Below, piece after piece: positions 30,480 to 40,713 of a DNA stretch of 64,000 bases. Position 1 is the stretch's first letter. Each line of letters begins with the position of its first letter. Position numbers and translations under genes: made by a program. The notes below the pieces were generated by a model. That model did no database searches, was not told the origin of the DNA, and saw only the letters and a program-made list of their open reading frames with translations. The stretch is from Rhabdothermincola salaria (GTDB taxonomy: Bacteria; Actinomycetota; Acidimicrobiia; Acidimicrobiales; Acidimicrobilacustridaceae), in contig NZ_JAJQXW010000001.1 of NCBI RefSeq assembly GCF_021246445.1, forward strand, positions 1,444,168 through 1,508,167, read 5' to 3'.

Positions 30480-31312
30480 CGACCCTCGCCGAGCGCCTCG
30501 GGCACCCCGCCGACGCCAAGTTGCTCATCCTCAACTGCGACGACCTCGGTCTGGCCCAGGCCGCCAACGCCGGCGTCTACGAGTCCCTGCGGGCCGGACT
30601 GGCCACCAGCGCCTCGTTGATGGTGCCGTGCCCGTGGGCCCGCCACGCCGCCGAGCAGTACATGGGCGAAGACGTCGGGGTGCACCTCACCCTCAACGCC
30701 GAGTGGGACGTGTACCGCTGGGGCCCGGCCACCCGGGCTCCGTCGCTGCTCGACGGCGACGGCGGGTTCCCCCGCACCCTCGTCGACCTCTGGGACCACG
30801 CCGACCTCCAAGAGGTGCGTCGGGAGTGCCGGGCCCAGATCGAGCGGGCCATCCTGTGGGGGTTCGACGTGAGCCACCTCGACTCCCATCTGGGCGCCTT
30901 GCAGCTGCGCCCCGAGTTCTTCGACGTGTACCTCGAGATGGCGGTCGACTTCGGCCTGCCGCTCCGGCTCTCGGGGGCCACCACCGAACGGGCCATCGGG
31001 TTCCCCTTCCGCCGCCTCGCCGCCGAGGAGGGGGTCGTGTTCCCCGACCACTTCGTGTACGTCAACGGCGTCGGGAGCCGCCGATCCATCGAGAAGGCGC
31101 TGTTCGACCTGCCGAACGGCGTCACCGAGATGTACGTGCACCCGGCGGCCGACACGCCCGAGCTGCGGGCCATGTCGTCGGATTGGGCCGCCCGGGTCGA
31201 CGATCACCACCTCATGTGCCACGACTCGGGGCTGCGGGCCATGATCGCCCGCTCCGGGGCCGTCCTCATCGGCTACCGCGAGCTGCGCGAGCTCCAACGC
31301 ACCGCCGTCTGA
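30476..31312 (+). CDS. YdjC/ChbG-family deacetylase
   Basis: NCDDLG, VGVHLTL, SHLDSH, YVHP; GTGA overlap. Confidence 0.88.
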   Translation: MTTLAERLGHPADAKLLILNCDDLGLAQAANAGVYESLRAGLATSASLMVPCPWARHAAEQYMGEDVGVHLTLNAEWDVYRWGPATRAPSLLDGDGGFPRTLVDLWDHADLQEVRRECRAQIERAILWGFDVSHLDSHLGALQLRPEFFDVYLEMAVDFGLPLRLSGATTERAIGFPFRRLAAEEGVVFPDHFVYVNGVGSRRSIEKALFDLPNGVTEMYVHPAADTPELRAMSSDWAARVDDHHLMCHDSGLRAMIARSGAVLIGYRELRELQRTAV

Positions 31313-31332
31313 CGGCGAGGCGGGTCGGCCCG

Positions 31333-33570
31333 TCAGATCTCGGCCTTCGTCCCTGGCGCCGACGCGGTCGCCGTCGCCGCCGGCGCTGGCGTCACCGAGA
31401 CGGGCACGCCGTTCACCGCGGCGTTGCCCGACGGCTCGTCGAGCGCGGTCGGGGGGATCAGCACGTTGGTGTTCGGCCCCGGTCGTTCGGCGGCCACCCC
31501 GAGTCGGGCTCCGGGGCTGTGGTGGCCGAAGCCGTGGGGCAGGCTCACCACCCCTCGGACCAGCTCGTCGGAGATCTCGGCCACCGCGATCACCGCCGCT
31601 CGGGCGGTGCGCACCTCCACCAGGGCGCCGTCGTCCACGCCGTGCTCGGCGGCGTCGTCGGGGTGGATCACCAGGGTGGAGCGATCGCGACCGCGCATGA
31701 GGGCGGGCAGGTTGTGCATCCAGGAGTTGTTGGAGCGCACGTGGCGCCGGCCGATGAGCACCAGCGGGGGACGGGGCTCGGCCATCCGGGCCCGCAGGCG
31801 GTCGAGGTCGCCGAGGATGTCGGCGTGGGCCAGCTCGACGTCGCCCGACGTGGTGCGCAAGACGTCGCCGACGGGGGCGTTCGACGGTCCCAGGTCGATC
31901 CCGTGGGGGTGCGCGGCCACCCGGTCGAGGGTGAGCCCGTCCGGGTTGGCGCCGTACTGATCGCCGAACGGGCTCGAGCGCAGGGTCAGGTCGACGATGC
32001 GGTCGGGCCCCCGGCGCTCGACGCTCTCGACCTCGGCGCCGTCGACGCCGTGGCGGGCGGCGCGGGCCAGGTACCACTCGCGATCGAACGCCTCGACGTC
32101 GACGTCGGCCGCCGGCACGCCGGCCAGGATGGCTCCGAGACGCAACATGATCTCCCACTCGTGGGGCCGGTCGCCGGGGTCGAACACCGGCGGCGACCAG
32201 CGGGCCACGGCTCGCAACGCGAACCCCCAGATGGCCTCGTCGCAGTGGGGCTGCTCGAGGAACGAGAGACCGGGGAGGATCACGTGGGCGTGGCGGGTGG
32301 TCTCGTTGAGGTAGGTGTCGACGCTGATCATGGCGTCGAGGAGGGGCAAGGCGGCATCCAGACGTCCGGCGTCGGGAGCCGAGAGCACCGGGTTGCCGGC
32401 GATGGTGATCAGGGCCTTGACCTGGCCCTCGCCCGGCGTGTCGATCTCCTCGGCCAGGCACGACAGCGGGGCCTGACCGAGCACCTCCGGGGCGCCCCGC
32501 ACCCGCGTGCGCCAGCGTCCGGTGCGCACCGGCCCTCGCCGGCGGGCGGTGGACGACATCGTGGCGATGGCGGGCCGGGAGAAGCGCGACCCGCCCTCCT
32601 GGTCGAGGTGGCCGGTGAGGATGTTCACCACCTCGACCAGCCACGACGCCAGCGTGCCGAACTCCTGGTTGCACAACCCGATGCGGCCGTACACGACTGC
32701 GCGCGGCGTGGTCGCCAGCTCGCGGGCGAGCCCCCGGATGCGGTCGGCGTCGATGCCGCACCAGTCCGCCACCGCCTCGGGGGTGAACCCACGGGCCGCA
32801 TCGAGGACCTCGTCGATCCCCTGCACCCGACCCTCGACCGCACCCAGCCGGATGAGGTCCTCGGCGTCGAGCACCTGCACGACGGCGAGCAGCAGCGCGG
32901 CGTCGGTGCCGGGCCGGATGGGCAGCCACTCGTCGGCCCGCTCGGCCGTGCCGGTGCGCCGCGGATCGACGACGATCGTGCGCCCACCCCGGTCGCGGAT
33001 GCGGTCGAGCTCACCGACGAGGTCGGGGTAGGCCAGGATCGAGCCGTTCGACGCCTGGGGGTTGGCGCCCATCACCACGAACAGGTCGGTGTTGGCCACG
33101 TCGGGGATGGGGATGCTCCACGCCCCGCCGTAGAGCTGGGCGCACGCCAGGTTCTTGGGCCACTGGTCGACCGTTCCCGCCGACCAGATGACCTTCAGGC
33201 CGCCGATACCGGGCACCGCACCCGAGTAGCGGCTGAGCGAGTAGCTGTGCACGTTGGGGTTGCCCAGGTAGGCGGTGACGGCATCGCGTCCGTGCTCGGC
33301 CACCACCGGCTGCAACAGCTCCTCGCAGCGGGCGAACGCCTCCTCCCAGGTCACCTCGCGCCAGGTGTCACCCTCTCGGACCATGGGCTCACGGATCCGG
33401 TCGGGATCGTGGTGGAGCTGGCCCAGCGAGGCTCCCTTGGGACAGAGGAAGCCCTTGCTCCACACATCGTCGCGGTCGCCGCGTATGCGCACCACCTGGT
33501 CGCCCTCGGTCTCGATCTCAAGGCCGCACATGGCCTCGCACAGCGGACAGGTGCGGTGGTGGGTCGCCAT
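31333..33570 (-). CDS. Molybdopterin-dependent oxidoreductase with 4Fe-4S N-terminus
   Basis: CPLCEAMCG...CPKG, VDPRRT, RSNNSWMHN, SLPHGFGH. Confidence 0.9.
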   Translation of the reverse strand: MATHHRTCPLCEAMCGLEIETEGDQVVRIRGDRDDVWSKGFLCPKGASLGQLHHDPDRIREPMVREGDTWREVTWEEAFARCEELLQPVVAEHGRDAVTAYLGNPNVHSYSLSRYSGAVPGIGGLKVIWSAGTVDQWPKNLACAQLYGGAWSIPIPDVANTDLFVVMGANPQASNGSILAYPDLVGELDRIRDRGGRTIVVDPRRTGTAERADEWLPIRPGTDAALLLAVVQVLDAEDLIRLGAVEGRVQGIDEVLDAARGFTPEAVADWCGIDADRIRGLARELATTPRAVVYGRIGLCNQEFGTLASWLVEVVNILTGHLDQEGGSRFSRPAIATMSSTARRRGPVRTGRWRTRVRGAPEVLGQAPLSCLAEEIDTPGEGQVKALITIAGNPVLSAPDAGRLDAALPLLDAMISVDTYLNETTRHAHVILPGLSFLEQPHCDEAIWGFALRAVARWSPPVFDPGDRPHEWEIMLRLGAILAGVPAADVDVEAFDREWYLARAARHGVDGAEVESVERRGPDRIVDLTLRSSPFGDQYGANPDGLTLDRVAAHPHGIDLGPSNAPVGDVLRTTSGDVELAHADILGDLDRLRARMAEPRPPLVLIGRRHVRSNNSWMHNLPALMRGRDRSTLVIHPDDAAEHGVDDGALVEVRTARAAVIAVAEISDELVRGVVSLPHGFGHHSPGARLGVAAERPGPNTNVLIPPTALDEPSGNAAVNGVPVSVTPAPAATATASAPGTKAEI

Positions 33571-33647
33571 GGCGACCGACGGTAACCGCCGTCCGAGGGC
33601 GGGCGCGGTCCCGAGGGCCGCCGCCGGCACGCGCGAGACTCGCCGCC

Positions 33648-34160
33648 GTGCGTTCGAGCGCCCCTCCCCCGCCCGTCGGTCGACGCCGCCGCTCGTGGCG
33701 GAGGGCCGGCACGTCGGCCGCCCTGGCGCTGGCCGTGGTCGTGCTGGCCGGCTGCCGGGAGGACCAGACCGGCCAGCCGGGCATCCCCGATGTCGACTTC
33801 ACCCCCCACCTGATCGTCACCGTCGACGGCGATGCACTGACCGCCTCGGTGGGTCCGCGCCGCGCCGACGATCCCGCCGTGTCCGCCGATCCGGCCCGTC
33901 TGCCGACCGGATCGGTGATGGAGCTGCGCTTCGCAGGGCCCGGTGAGCAGCGGGTAGTGGGGTACCTGACCCCGCCGGGCGAGGAACCACCGGATCTCGA
34001 CGACCCGGAGGTCGCCACCCCCTCGCCGCTCGTCGACAGCGGCATCCAACGGGCAGGCGACGAGGTCACCGTCGTGCTCACCGACCCGGGCACGCTCGAG
34101 CTCTCCCCCCTCGACGACCTCGACCGCTCGCTGGCGATCGAGCTGACGCCCGCCAGCTGA
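33648..34160 (+). CDS. Hypothetical lipoprotein
   Basis: Basic N-terminus, hydrophobic stretch, LAGC lipobox. Confidence 0.6.
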   Translation: MRSSAPPPPVGRRRRSWRRAGTSAALALAVVVLAGCREDQTGQPGIPDVDFTPHLIVTVDGDALTASVGPRRADDPAVSADPARLPTGSVMELRFAGPGEQRVVGYLTPPGEEPPDLDDPEVATPSPLVDSGIQRAGDEVTVVLTDPGTLELSPLDDLDRSLAIELTPAS

Positions 34161-34169
34161 CGTCGGCGG

Positions 34170-35144
34170 TCACCCGACCGGCGCGCTCCCGGGCACCGAA
34201 CGGCGGCGGGCCATCGCCGCGAGGAGCAGCGCCACGCCGACGCCCACTGCGGCCGCTCCCGCCACGCCAGTGGCGAGGAGCACCCCACCGGCCGACCCGC
34301 CGACGAGCTCCACGGTCCGCTCGGCGGCCTCGTCGCCGAGGATGCCCCCCGAGAGGATCTCGGTCGCCGCGATCCGAGCGGCTCGCACCGCCACGACCCC
34401 GGCCAGGGCACCCAGCACCACCCCGGCCCCGACCGAGACCAGGCCCAGCCCGAGGCGACGCAGCACCACGGCACCGACGACAGCCGCGGCCAGCGCGATC
34501 GCCGGGAGAGCCACGGCGGCGACGTCGAGGACCCGGATCATGGCCTCCAGCCGCTCGAGCTCGGGTGCCGGCACCAGCACGACGCGGGCGTCGATGCCGC
34601 CGAGGTCGAGCCCGTCGATGCCCGGGACCCCCTGGTCGACCAGCGCCCTGCGCAGCAGGTCGAGCGACGGTCCCAGCTCGAGCGTGAGGGAGCCGTCGAC
34701 CACCGCAGTGGCCCGACCGTCGCCTCGTAGGGCTCGCAGCACCTCCGTCCACGCGGTGCGGTTGGCCTGCTCCCAGAGGTCGGCGAAGGCGTCGGTGGCC
34801 ACCAGGGCCTCGGCACCCTCCGCCACCAGGTCGGTGGCGCCGTCGCCCAGGGAGTCGGCCAGACCACCGAGGGGGAAGGGCAGCAGCGCACCGACCCGGT
34901 CCTCCAGGCCCACGGCCTCGACCAGCTGCTCGGCCAGGGTGCGGGCCACGTCGGCCCGCACCACGGGGTCGGCCAACACGGCGGCGGTGGTGTCGGTCCA
35001 GGCGTCGGGGTCGAGGACCTCGGCCCGCAACCACAAGGTCGCCACCGCCAGGGCGGCGGACATCCCGGCCACGATCAGCAGCACCACCCCGAGTGCGGTG
35101 CGAGGAGGAGAGCGACGGGCGGTCATCGGCGCCCTGGAGCGCAC
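34170..35144 (-). CDS. Hypothetical integral membrane protein
   Basis: One N-terminal and three C-terminal TM segments; FADLWEQANR motif; start could be 35127. Confidence 0.65.
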   Translation of the reverse strand: MRSRAPMTARRSPPRTALGVVLLIVAGMSAALAVATLWLRAEVLDPDAWTDTTAAVLADPVVRADVARTLAEQLVEAVGLEDRVGALLPFPLGGLADSLGDGATDLVAEGAEALVATDAFADLWEQANRTAWTEVLRALRGDGRATAVVDGSLTLELGPSLDLLRRALVDQGVPGIDGLDLGGIDARVVLVPAPELERLEAMIRVLDVAAVALPAIALAAAVVGAVVLRRLGLGLVSVGAGVVLGALAGVVAVRAARIAATEILSGGILGDEAAERTVELVGGSAGGVLLATGVAGAAAVGVGVALLLAAMARRRSVPGSAPVG

Positions 35145-35191
35145 GACACCGGCGGGCCCCCTGACCGCCGAGCGAACATCGGCGGCCGGCC

Positions 35192-36043
35192 TCAGTCGAT
35201 CCCGGCGAAGAGGTCGCTCTCGGGCAGCTCGGTCGGCACCCGGCTGGCGGCGAGGATGTACTCCTCGTACGGGTGGATCGTGCGGGCCTCTTCGCGGGGC
35301 AGCCCGAACCAGAACGGCGACGTGGGGTCGACCTGGGTGGCGTGGGCCAGCAGGGCCTCGAGCCGAACGTCCTGGTAGTCGTCGATCGGGACCGAGGTGG
35401 TGATGCGGTCGTCCTGGTTGGGGCGCTTGAACCAGTCCTCGGAGTACGGCGACTCCAACCCCAGCTCGAGGAACTTCTCGTGCATGGCCACGAAGCGCTG
35501 GTGGCTCCAGACCGAGTAGTAGAGCTTCACCGGGGTGAACGGCTCACCCAGGTCCGGGCGGTAGTCGGGATCGCCGGCGAGATCGAAGGCTGGCAGCGAG
35601 ATGTCGTGGACGCGCAGGTGGTCCGGGTGCGGGTAGCCGGACTGGTCGTCGCTGTAGGTGAGGATGACCTGCGCCCGGGTGCGCCGGATGACCTCCACCA
35701 GGCGGGCCACCGCCTCGTCGAAGTCGGCGGCCGCGAACGCGTCGGGATGGGTGTTGGCCTCGGTGTCGGGCATCCCCGAGTCGCGATAGCCCAGCAGCAC
35801 GACCTCGTCGTAGCCGATGATGCGAGCGGCCAGGTCGAGCTCGTCACGACGCACCTCGTGGAGGCGCTCACGGACCTCGGGCGTGTCCATGGCCGGGTTG
35901 AGGATGGAGCCCTCCTCGCCGCCGGTGCAGGTGACCAGGACGGTATGGACCCCATCGGCCTTGTACTTGGCGACGGTGCTGGCACCCTTGGAGGCCTCGT
36001 CGTCGGGGTGGGCGTGGATCGAGAGGAGACAGCGCGGAGCCAT
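35192..36043 (-). CDS. mca: Mycothiol S-conjugate amidase
   Basis: HAHPDDEASKG, TCTGGEEG.ILNP, GYRDSG, GYPHPDH, AHATQVDP. Confidence 0.88.
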   Translation of the reverse strand: MAPRCLLSIHAHPDDEASKGASTVAKYKADGVHTVLVTCTGGEEGSILNPAMDTPEVRERLHEVRRDELDLAARIIGYDEVVLLGYRDSGMPDTEANTHPDAFAAADFDEAVARLVEVIRRTRAQVILTYSDDQSGYPHPDHLRVHDISLPAFDLAGDPDYRPDLGEPFTPVKLYYSVWSHQRFVAMHEKFLELGLESPYSEDWFKRPNQDDRITTSVPIDDYQDVRLEALLAHATQVDPTSPFWFGLPREEARTIHPYEEYILAASRVPTELPESDLFAGID

Positions 36044-36105
36044 GGCCGATGACGCTATCCGGGGCGGCTCGGCTCGCGGGCCGGCCCGTCGTAGTGTCGG
36101 TGCCC

Positions 36106-36750
36106 GTGAGCGTTCCTCCCCTCCCCGCCCCCACCGCCCGGCCGAGGTGGCGTCGCGCCGTGGCCGCCATGCTCGTCACCGGGTCGCTGGTCGTGGTGCT
36201 GAGTGCATGCGGAACGAGCGGCCGCACCCTGCGCGATCCCGCTCCGGGCGCCACCGCCCCGCCCCGCCCCACGTCCACCACCGCCGCAGTCCCCACCACG
36301 GCGGCCCCCATCGGCTTGTCGATCACGTCGCCGGCCTGGGAGCCGGGTGGCGCCATCCCCGCCACCTTCACCTGCGACGGCGACGGCGTCTCACCGCCGC
36401 TCACCGTGGCCGGCGCCGACGACAGCGTGGTCGAGCTCGTCGTCGTGGTCAGCGCCCCCGACGATGCCGGCTCGTTCCACTGGGTCGTCGCCGGCCTCGA
36501 TCCCCGCGAGGGGTCCATCGGCGAGGGGGCAGTACCCCCCGGCGCCGTGGTCGCCCGCAACGGGCTCGGGGTCGCCGCGTACGAGCCGCTCTGCCCGCCC
36601 GTCGGCCAGAGCAACCTCTACGACTTCACCGTCTACGCCTTCGCCGAGCCGTCCGGCATCACGGCCGACACACCGTCGGCACAGACCGAGGAGATCGTCA
36701 GCGCTGGGTCGGTGGCCTTGTCGGTGATGACCGGCACCTACCAACGCTGA
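36106..36750 (+). CDS. YbhB/YbcL (PEBP/Raf-kinase-inhibitor-like) lipoprotein
   Basis: LSAC lipobox; SPAW..GGAIP..FTCDGDGVSPPL, FHWVV, CPP; start chosen after TAGTGT -10. Confidence 0.8.
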   Translation: MSVPPLPAPTARPRWRRAVAAMLVTGSLVVVLSACGTSGRTLRDPAPGATAPPRPTSTTAAVPTTAAPIGLSITSPAWEPGGAIPATFTCDGDGVSPPLTVAGADDSVVELVVVVSAPDDAGSFHWVVAGLDPREGSIGEGAVPPGAVVARNGLGVAAYEPLCPPVGQSNLYDFTVYAFAEPSGITADTPSAQTEEIVSAGSVALSVMTGTYQR

Positions 36751-36792
36751 CGACCGCATCACCATCGTCACAACGGGTAGGGACGCGAGGGT

Positions 36793-38193
36793 ATGACACC
36801 CCCGCTCCCCTTCTCCCCTACGACACGGCTGGGCGGCCGCTACCGGCCCACTGCCCACCTGGCCACCGGGGGGATGGGGCAGGTCATCGAAGCGCACGAC
36901 GAGCGCCTGGGGCGGGCGGTGGCGGTGAAGGTCGTGGCCACCACCGATCCCGACCACACCCCCCGCCTGCGCGCCGAGGCGCTGGCCCTGGCCCGGTTGC
37001 GCCACCCGAACATCGTGGACGTCTACGACGTCGGCGAGCACGACGGCCGGGCCTACATCGTCACCGAGCTGATCCGAGGCGAGTCGCTCCAGGCCCGCGC
37101 CAGCCGCGATGGCCCTCTCCCGGTCCGCGAGGTGGCCCAGCTCGGGGCGGACGTCGCTCGCGCGCTCGAGTGCGCCCACGCCCACGGCGTCGTGCACCGC
37201 GATCTCAAGCCCGCCAACGTGCTCATCGAAGCCGAGACAGGCCGGGCCCAGCTCATCGACTTCGGCATCGCGGCATCCAGCCTGGCGGCCGGACTGACCC
37301 GAACGGGCACCGTGGTCGGCACGCCGGCCTATCTGAGCCCCGAACAGGTCGAGGGCCACAGCACCACCGCCGCCTCGGACGTGTACTCACTCGGTCTGGT
37401 GCTGCTCGAGGCCACGACGGGAGAACCCGCCTTCGAGGGCACCACGACCGAGACGATGGCCGCCCGGCTGGTCCGCTCCCCCCGCATCCCCGACGAGCTC
37501 GGCTCGCGGTGGCGTTGGCTGCTGTCGGCCATGACCCGACGCGATCCCGCGTCGCGACCCGACGCCTCGGCCCTGGCCGGGCTGCTCACCGCCATGGCCG
37601 ACGAGGCCGCCGGGGCCGACGATCGCTCCGACGAGTCGACGGCGATGGCACCGGCCACCGAGTGGGTCGCGCCGATCGGCCTCGCCGCGGCCGTCGAACA
37701 CCGGTCGCGACGATCGCGGGTCGCGGCAGTGGTGGCCGCCCTGGCCTTGGCCCTGACGACGCTGGGGATCGTGAGCCTGCAGGGCGGCGAGGAGACGGAA
37801 CCGGCCAGCGGGGAGGGCGTCGGGGGGTCCCTCCCCACCGCCGAGCCCGTCGTCGCGGTGACACCGGGCGAGATCGCTCCATCGAGCACCACCATCGCGC
37901 CGGATCCCACCGCGCTCGCGCCCATCGTGACCCCCGAGCCCACCACCACCACGACGAGCGAACCCGAGCCCACCACCACCACGACCACCGAACCCGAGCC
38001 CACCACCACGACCACCGAACCCGAGCCCACCACCACCACGACGAGCGAACCCGAGCCCACCACCACCACCGAACCCGAGCCCACCACCACCACGACCGAG
38101 TCCACGACAACCACCAGCGAGCCCACGACCACCACCACCGAGCCGGAACCCACCACCACCACCGAGCCGACCGAGCTCGACGACGGCGCCTGA
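36793..38193 (+). CDS. Ser/Thr protein kinase with TM segment and mucin-like tail
   Basis: GGMG, AVK, HRDLKPAN, DFG, GTPAYLSPEQ. Confidence 0.92.
   Translation: MTPPLPFSPTTRLGGRYRPTAHLATGGMGQVIEAHDERLGRAVAVKVVATTDPDHTPRLRAEALALARLRHPNIVDVYDVGEHDGRAYIVTELIRGESLQARASRDGPLPVREVAQLGADVARALECAHAHGVVHRDLKPANVLIEAETGRAQLIDFGIAASSLAAGLTRTGTVVGTPAYLSPEQVEGHSTTAASDVYSLGLVLLEATTGEPAFEGTTTETMAARLVRSPRIPDELGSRWRWLLSAMTRRDPASRPDASALAGLLTAMADEAAGADDRSDESTAMAPATEWVAPIGLAAAVEHRSRRSRVAAVVAALALALTTLGIVSLQGGEETEPASGEGVGGSLPTAEPVVAVTPGEIAPSSTTIAPDPTALAPIVTPEPTTTTTSEPEPTTTTTTEPEPTTTTTEPEPTTTTTSEPEPTTTTEPEPTTTTTESTTTTSEPTTTTTEPEPTTTTEPTELDDGA
37933..38170 (+). repeat. In-frame EPEP(T)n coding repeats
   Basis: About nine units of GAACCCGAGCCC(ACC/ACG)n with variable Thr count. 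Confidence 0.9.
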
Positions 38194-38276
38194 CCGCGCG
38201 AGGGTCCCACCTGCGCCCAGGGTCCGAGCCCTTCGTTCCTCCGGCGTGGTCCGAGGCGGGATGACAGGCTGGTCGC

Positions 38277-38567
38277 ATGCACCCTGCCGAGCGCGTCCGG
38301 TTCGTCACCGAGACCGCCCGCGCCGTGCTCGCCGACCGTCTCGATCCCGGTGAGGGCGCCGCCGCTGTGGCCCTGCAGGCCGAACAGATCGGACCCGGGC
38401 TGCGCTCCGACCGCCACGACGTCACCCGCTCCGAGGCCGAGGCGGTCGCCACCCAGCTGCGCCTCCTCGCCGAGCAGGTGAACGATCGCGCCTCCGGCCT
38501 CCCCGACAACGAGGCCTACGTCGCCATCGCCGAGTCCATCGGCCTGCTCGCCCAGGCGCTGCGCTGA
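38277..38567 (+). CDS. Small helical hypothetical protein
   Basis: 96-aa ORF with genome-typical codons; CAGGCT -10 lies 6 nt upstream. Confidence 0.65.
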   Translation: MHPAERVRFVTETARAVLADRLDPGEGAAAVALQAEQIGPGLRSDRHDVTRSEAEAVATQLRLLAEQVNDRASGLPDNEAYVAIAESIGLLAQALR

Positions 38568-38628
38568 TCTGCGCTAGAAACCGATCACGGCCGAGGCACC
38601 GGGCCTCGCCCATCAGGGGGTTTCGAAG

Positions 38629-39672
38629 ATGAAGGCGTTCCAGCTCGTCGGCGGTTCCGCCGACGTCGACCAGACCACGGCGCTCAACGACGTGGCCCAG
38701 CCCGATCCCGGCCCGGGTGAGGTCCTCGTGCGCATCGGCGGGGCCGGGGCCTGCCACAGCGACGTCAGCCTCATGGAGTTCTCCGCCGCCGGCCCGCGTG
38801 AGGTGCCCATGACGCTCGGCCACGAGAACGCCGGCTGGATCGAGGCCTTCGGACCCGGCCACGTCGCAGTGCCCGGCCTCGAGGTCGGCGCCCCGGTCGC
38901 CGTCTACGGGGCGTGGGGCTGCGGGCAGTGCCTCAACTGCCGCAAGGGCATGGAGAACTACTGCCTCAACATCAGCGCCAGCGGTCCCGGGCTCAGCGTC
39001 GACGGCGGCATGGCCGAGTACCTCCTCGTCCCGTCTGCTCGCTACCTCGTGCCCCTCGAGGACACGGCCCCGGCCGACGCCGCTCCGCTCACCGATGCCG
39101 GGCTCACCCCGTACCACGCCATCAAGGCGTCGCTCCCGGTCCTCGTCCCCGGCTCGACCGCCGTGGTCATCGGGGCCGGCGGCCTCGGCCACCTCGCGGT
39201 GCAGTTCCTCAAGGCGCTCTCGCCCGCCCGGGTGATCGTGGTCGACCAGCGCGAGTCGGCGTTGGCCCTGGTCGCCGACCTGGGTGCCGACCACACCGTG
39301 GTGGCCGGACCCGAGGCCGCGGCCGAGGTGCGAGGGCACATGGGCGGCCGCGGCGCCGAGCTCGTGCTCGACATCGCCGGCTACGACGACAGCCTCGCCC
39401 TGGCCGCCGCCGTGGTGGCCCCGCTCGGTCGCCTCACGGTCGTGGGCGTCGGGGGCGGCACCCTGCCGTTCAACTTCTTCGGCTTCCCCTACGAGGCCTC
39501 GGTGCAGAGCACCTACTGGGGCAGCATCACCGAGCTCCAGGAGCTGCTCACGCTCGCGCGCCACGGCGGCTTCGAGGTGCACGCGGCCCAGTACCCCCTC
39601 GACCAGGCGGCCGACGTCTACCGCCAGATGGTCGGTGGCACCCTCCAGGGCCGCGCCGTCATCGTGCCCTAG
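38629..39672 (+). CDS. Zn-dependent NAD(P) alcohol dehydrogenase
   Basis: GACHSD, GHE, CGQCLNC...C, LTDAGLTPYHA, GAGGLG. Confidence 0.93.
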   Translation: MKAFQLVGGSADVDQTTALNDVAQPDPGPGEVLVRIGGAGACHSDVSLMEFSAAGPREVPMTLGHENAGWIEAFGPGHVAVPGLEVGAPVAVYGAWGCGQCLNCRKGMENYCLNISASGPGLSVDGGMAEYLLVPSARYLVPLEDTAPADAAPLTDAGLTPYHAIKASLPVLVPGSTAVVIGAGGLGHLAVQFLKALSPARVIVVDQRESALALVADLGADHTVVAGPEAAAEVRGHMGGRGAELVLDIAGYDDSLALAAAVVAPLGRLTVVGVGGGTLPFNFFGFPYEASVQSTYWGSITELQELLTLARHGGFEVHAAQYPLDQAADVYRQMVGGTLQGRAVIVP

Positions 39673-39676
39673 CTAC

Positions 39677-40060
39677 GGCGCCCTCCTCGCAAGCTCGTCG
39701 GGACGCGGTGTGGGCGGGTCGCTGGCGCTCCCATCGCCCACTCGAACGTCCACGGGTGCGGGTGACAGCCGAAGGAGCGCCAGCGACGAAGGCTCAGTCA
39801 GCCCACGCGTTTCGCCGAAGGCGGCGAAGGGAGGCTTGCCGTGACCATGGCGCCCTCCTCGCGAGCTCGTCGGGACGCGGTGCGGCGGGGTCGCTGGCGC
39901 TCCCATCCGCCGCCTGACCGATCGTCGCAGCCGACTCCCGAACAAGACACAGCAGCGGTCCTGCAGACCACCACCCTGGGGTGACAGCCGAAGGAGCGCC
40001 AGCGACCGAGGCTCAGTCAGCCCACGCGTCTCGCCGAAGGCGGCGAGGTGAGGCTTGCCG
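39677..40060. repeat. BIME/REP-like composite element A-B-A-B
   Basis: A (59 bp) at 39677-39735 and 39849-39907; B (82 bp) at 39760-39841 and 39979-40060; A carries GTCGCTGGCGCTCC, B its reverse complement. Confidence 0.85.
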
Positions 40061-40081
40061 AGCCGAGCTGAGTGTTGCCGC

Positions 40082-40618
40082 TCAGTCTTTCTTCTGGGGG
40101 CGCCAGAAGACGGCGAGCAGCGCGGCGGCGCCACCCAGGCCGACGACGGCGGTGATCACGAAGCCGGTGATGCCGGTGGTCCAGTCCCAGTCGAGGGCGT
40201 TGTCGACGGACCACTCGCCGGCTCCCATGGCGCCGAGCGCCAGGCCGGTGCAGACCAGCAGGCCGACGTACTCCCAGCCCTCACCGGGCCGGAAGATGAA
40301 GAAGCCGTTCTTGAGGTGGTTGGTGATGAGGGCAACCGCCATGGTGCCCACCACCCCAGCCGCGGCCAGCGGGTTGAAGAACCCGAGGATGAGCAGGGCA
40401 CCCGCGCCGAGCTCGGTGGCGCTGGCCAACCAGGCGTGCAGGATGCCGGGGCGCATGCCGAGGGAGGCGAACCAGCCGGCGGTGCCCTCGATCTTTCCGC
40501 CCCGGAAGATGTGGTTGTACCCGTGGGCGATCATGATCACGCCCACGGCGATCCGCAGGATGAACAGGCCCAGGTTCAGGCCGTCCACGTCGTGGATGGT
40601 GGCGACGATGTGGTGCAC
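40082..40618 (-). CDS. DoxX-family membrane protein
   Basis: LRIAVG...AHG, ELGAG, NGFFI...GWEY, GAGEWSVD. Confidence 0.88.
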   Translation of the reverse strand: MHHIVATIHDVDGLNLGLFILRIAVGVIMIAHGYNHIFRGGKIEGTAGWFASLGMRPGILHAWLASATELGAGALLILGFFNPLAAAGVVGTMAVALITNHLKNGFFIFRPGEGWEYVGLLVCTGLALGAMGAGEWSVDNALDWDWTTGITGFVITAVVGLGGAAALLAVFWRPQKKD

Positions 40619-40713
40619 GGGTTGGAACTCCCCCTCGGGTCACGAACAGCGTCCAACACTAGGGCCATCGCACGGCCCGTCGATGCGACCGGCGTCGCAG
40701 GGCGGCAACGACA

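Noticed and set aside
39673..40134. 153-aa ORF across the A-B-A-B element
   Set aside because: It is a translation of the repeats, with no protein motif or coding-type codon bias.
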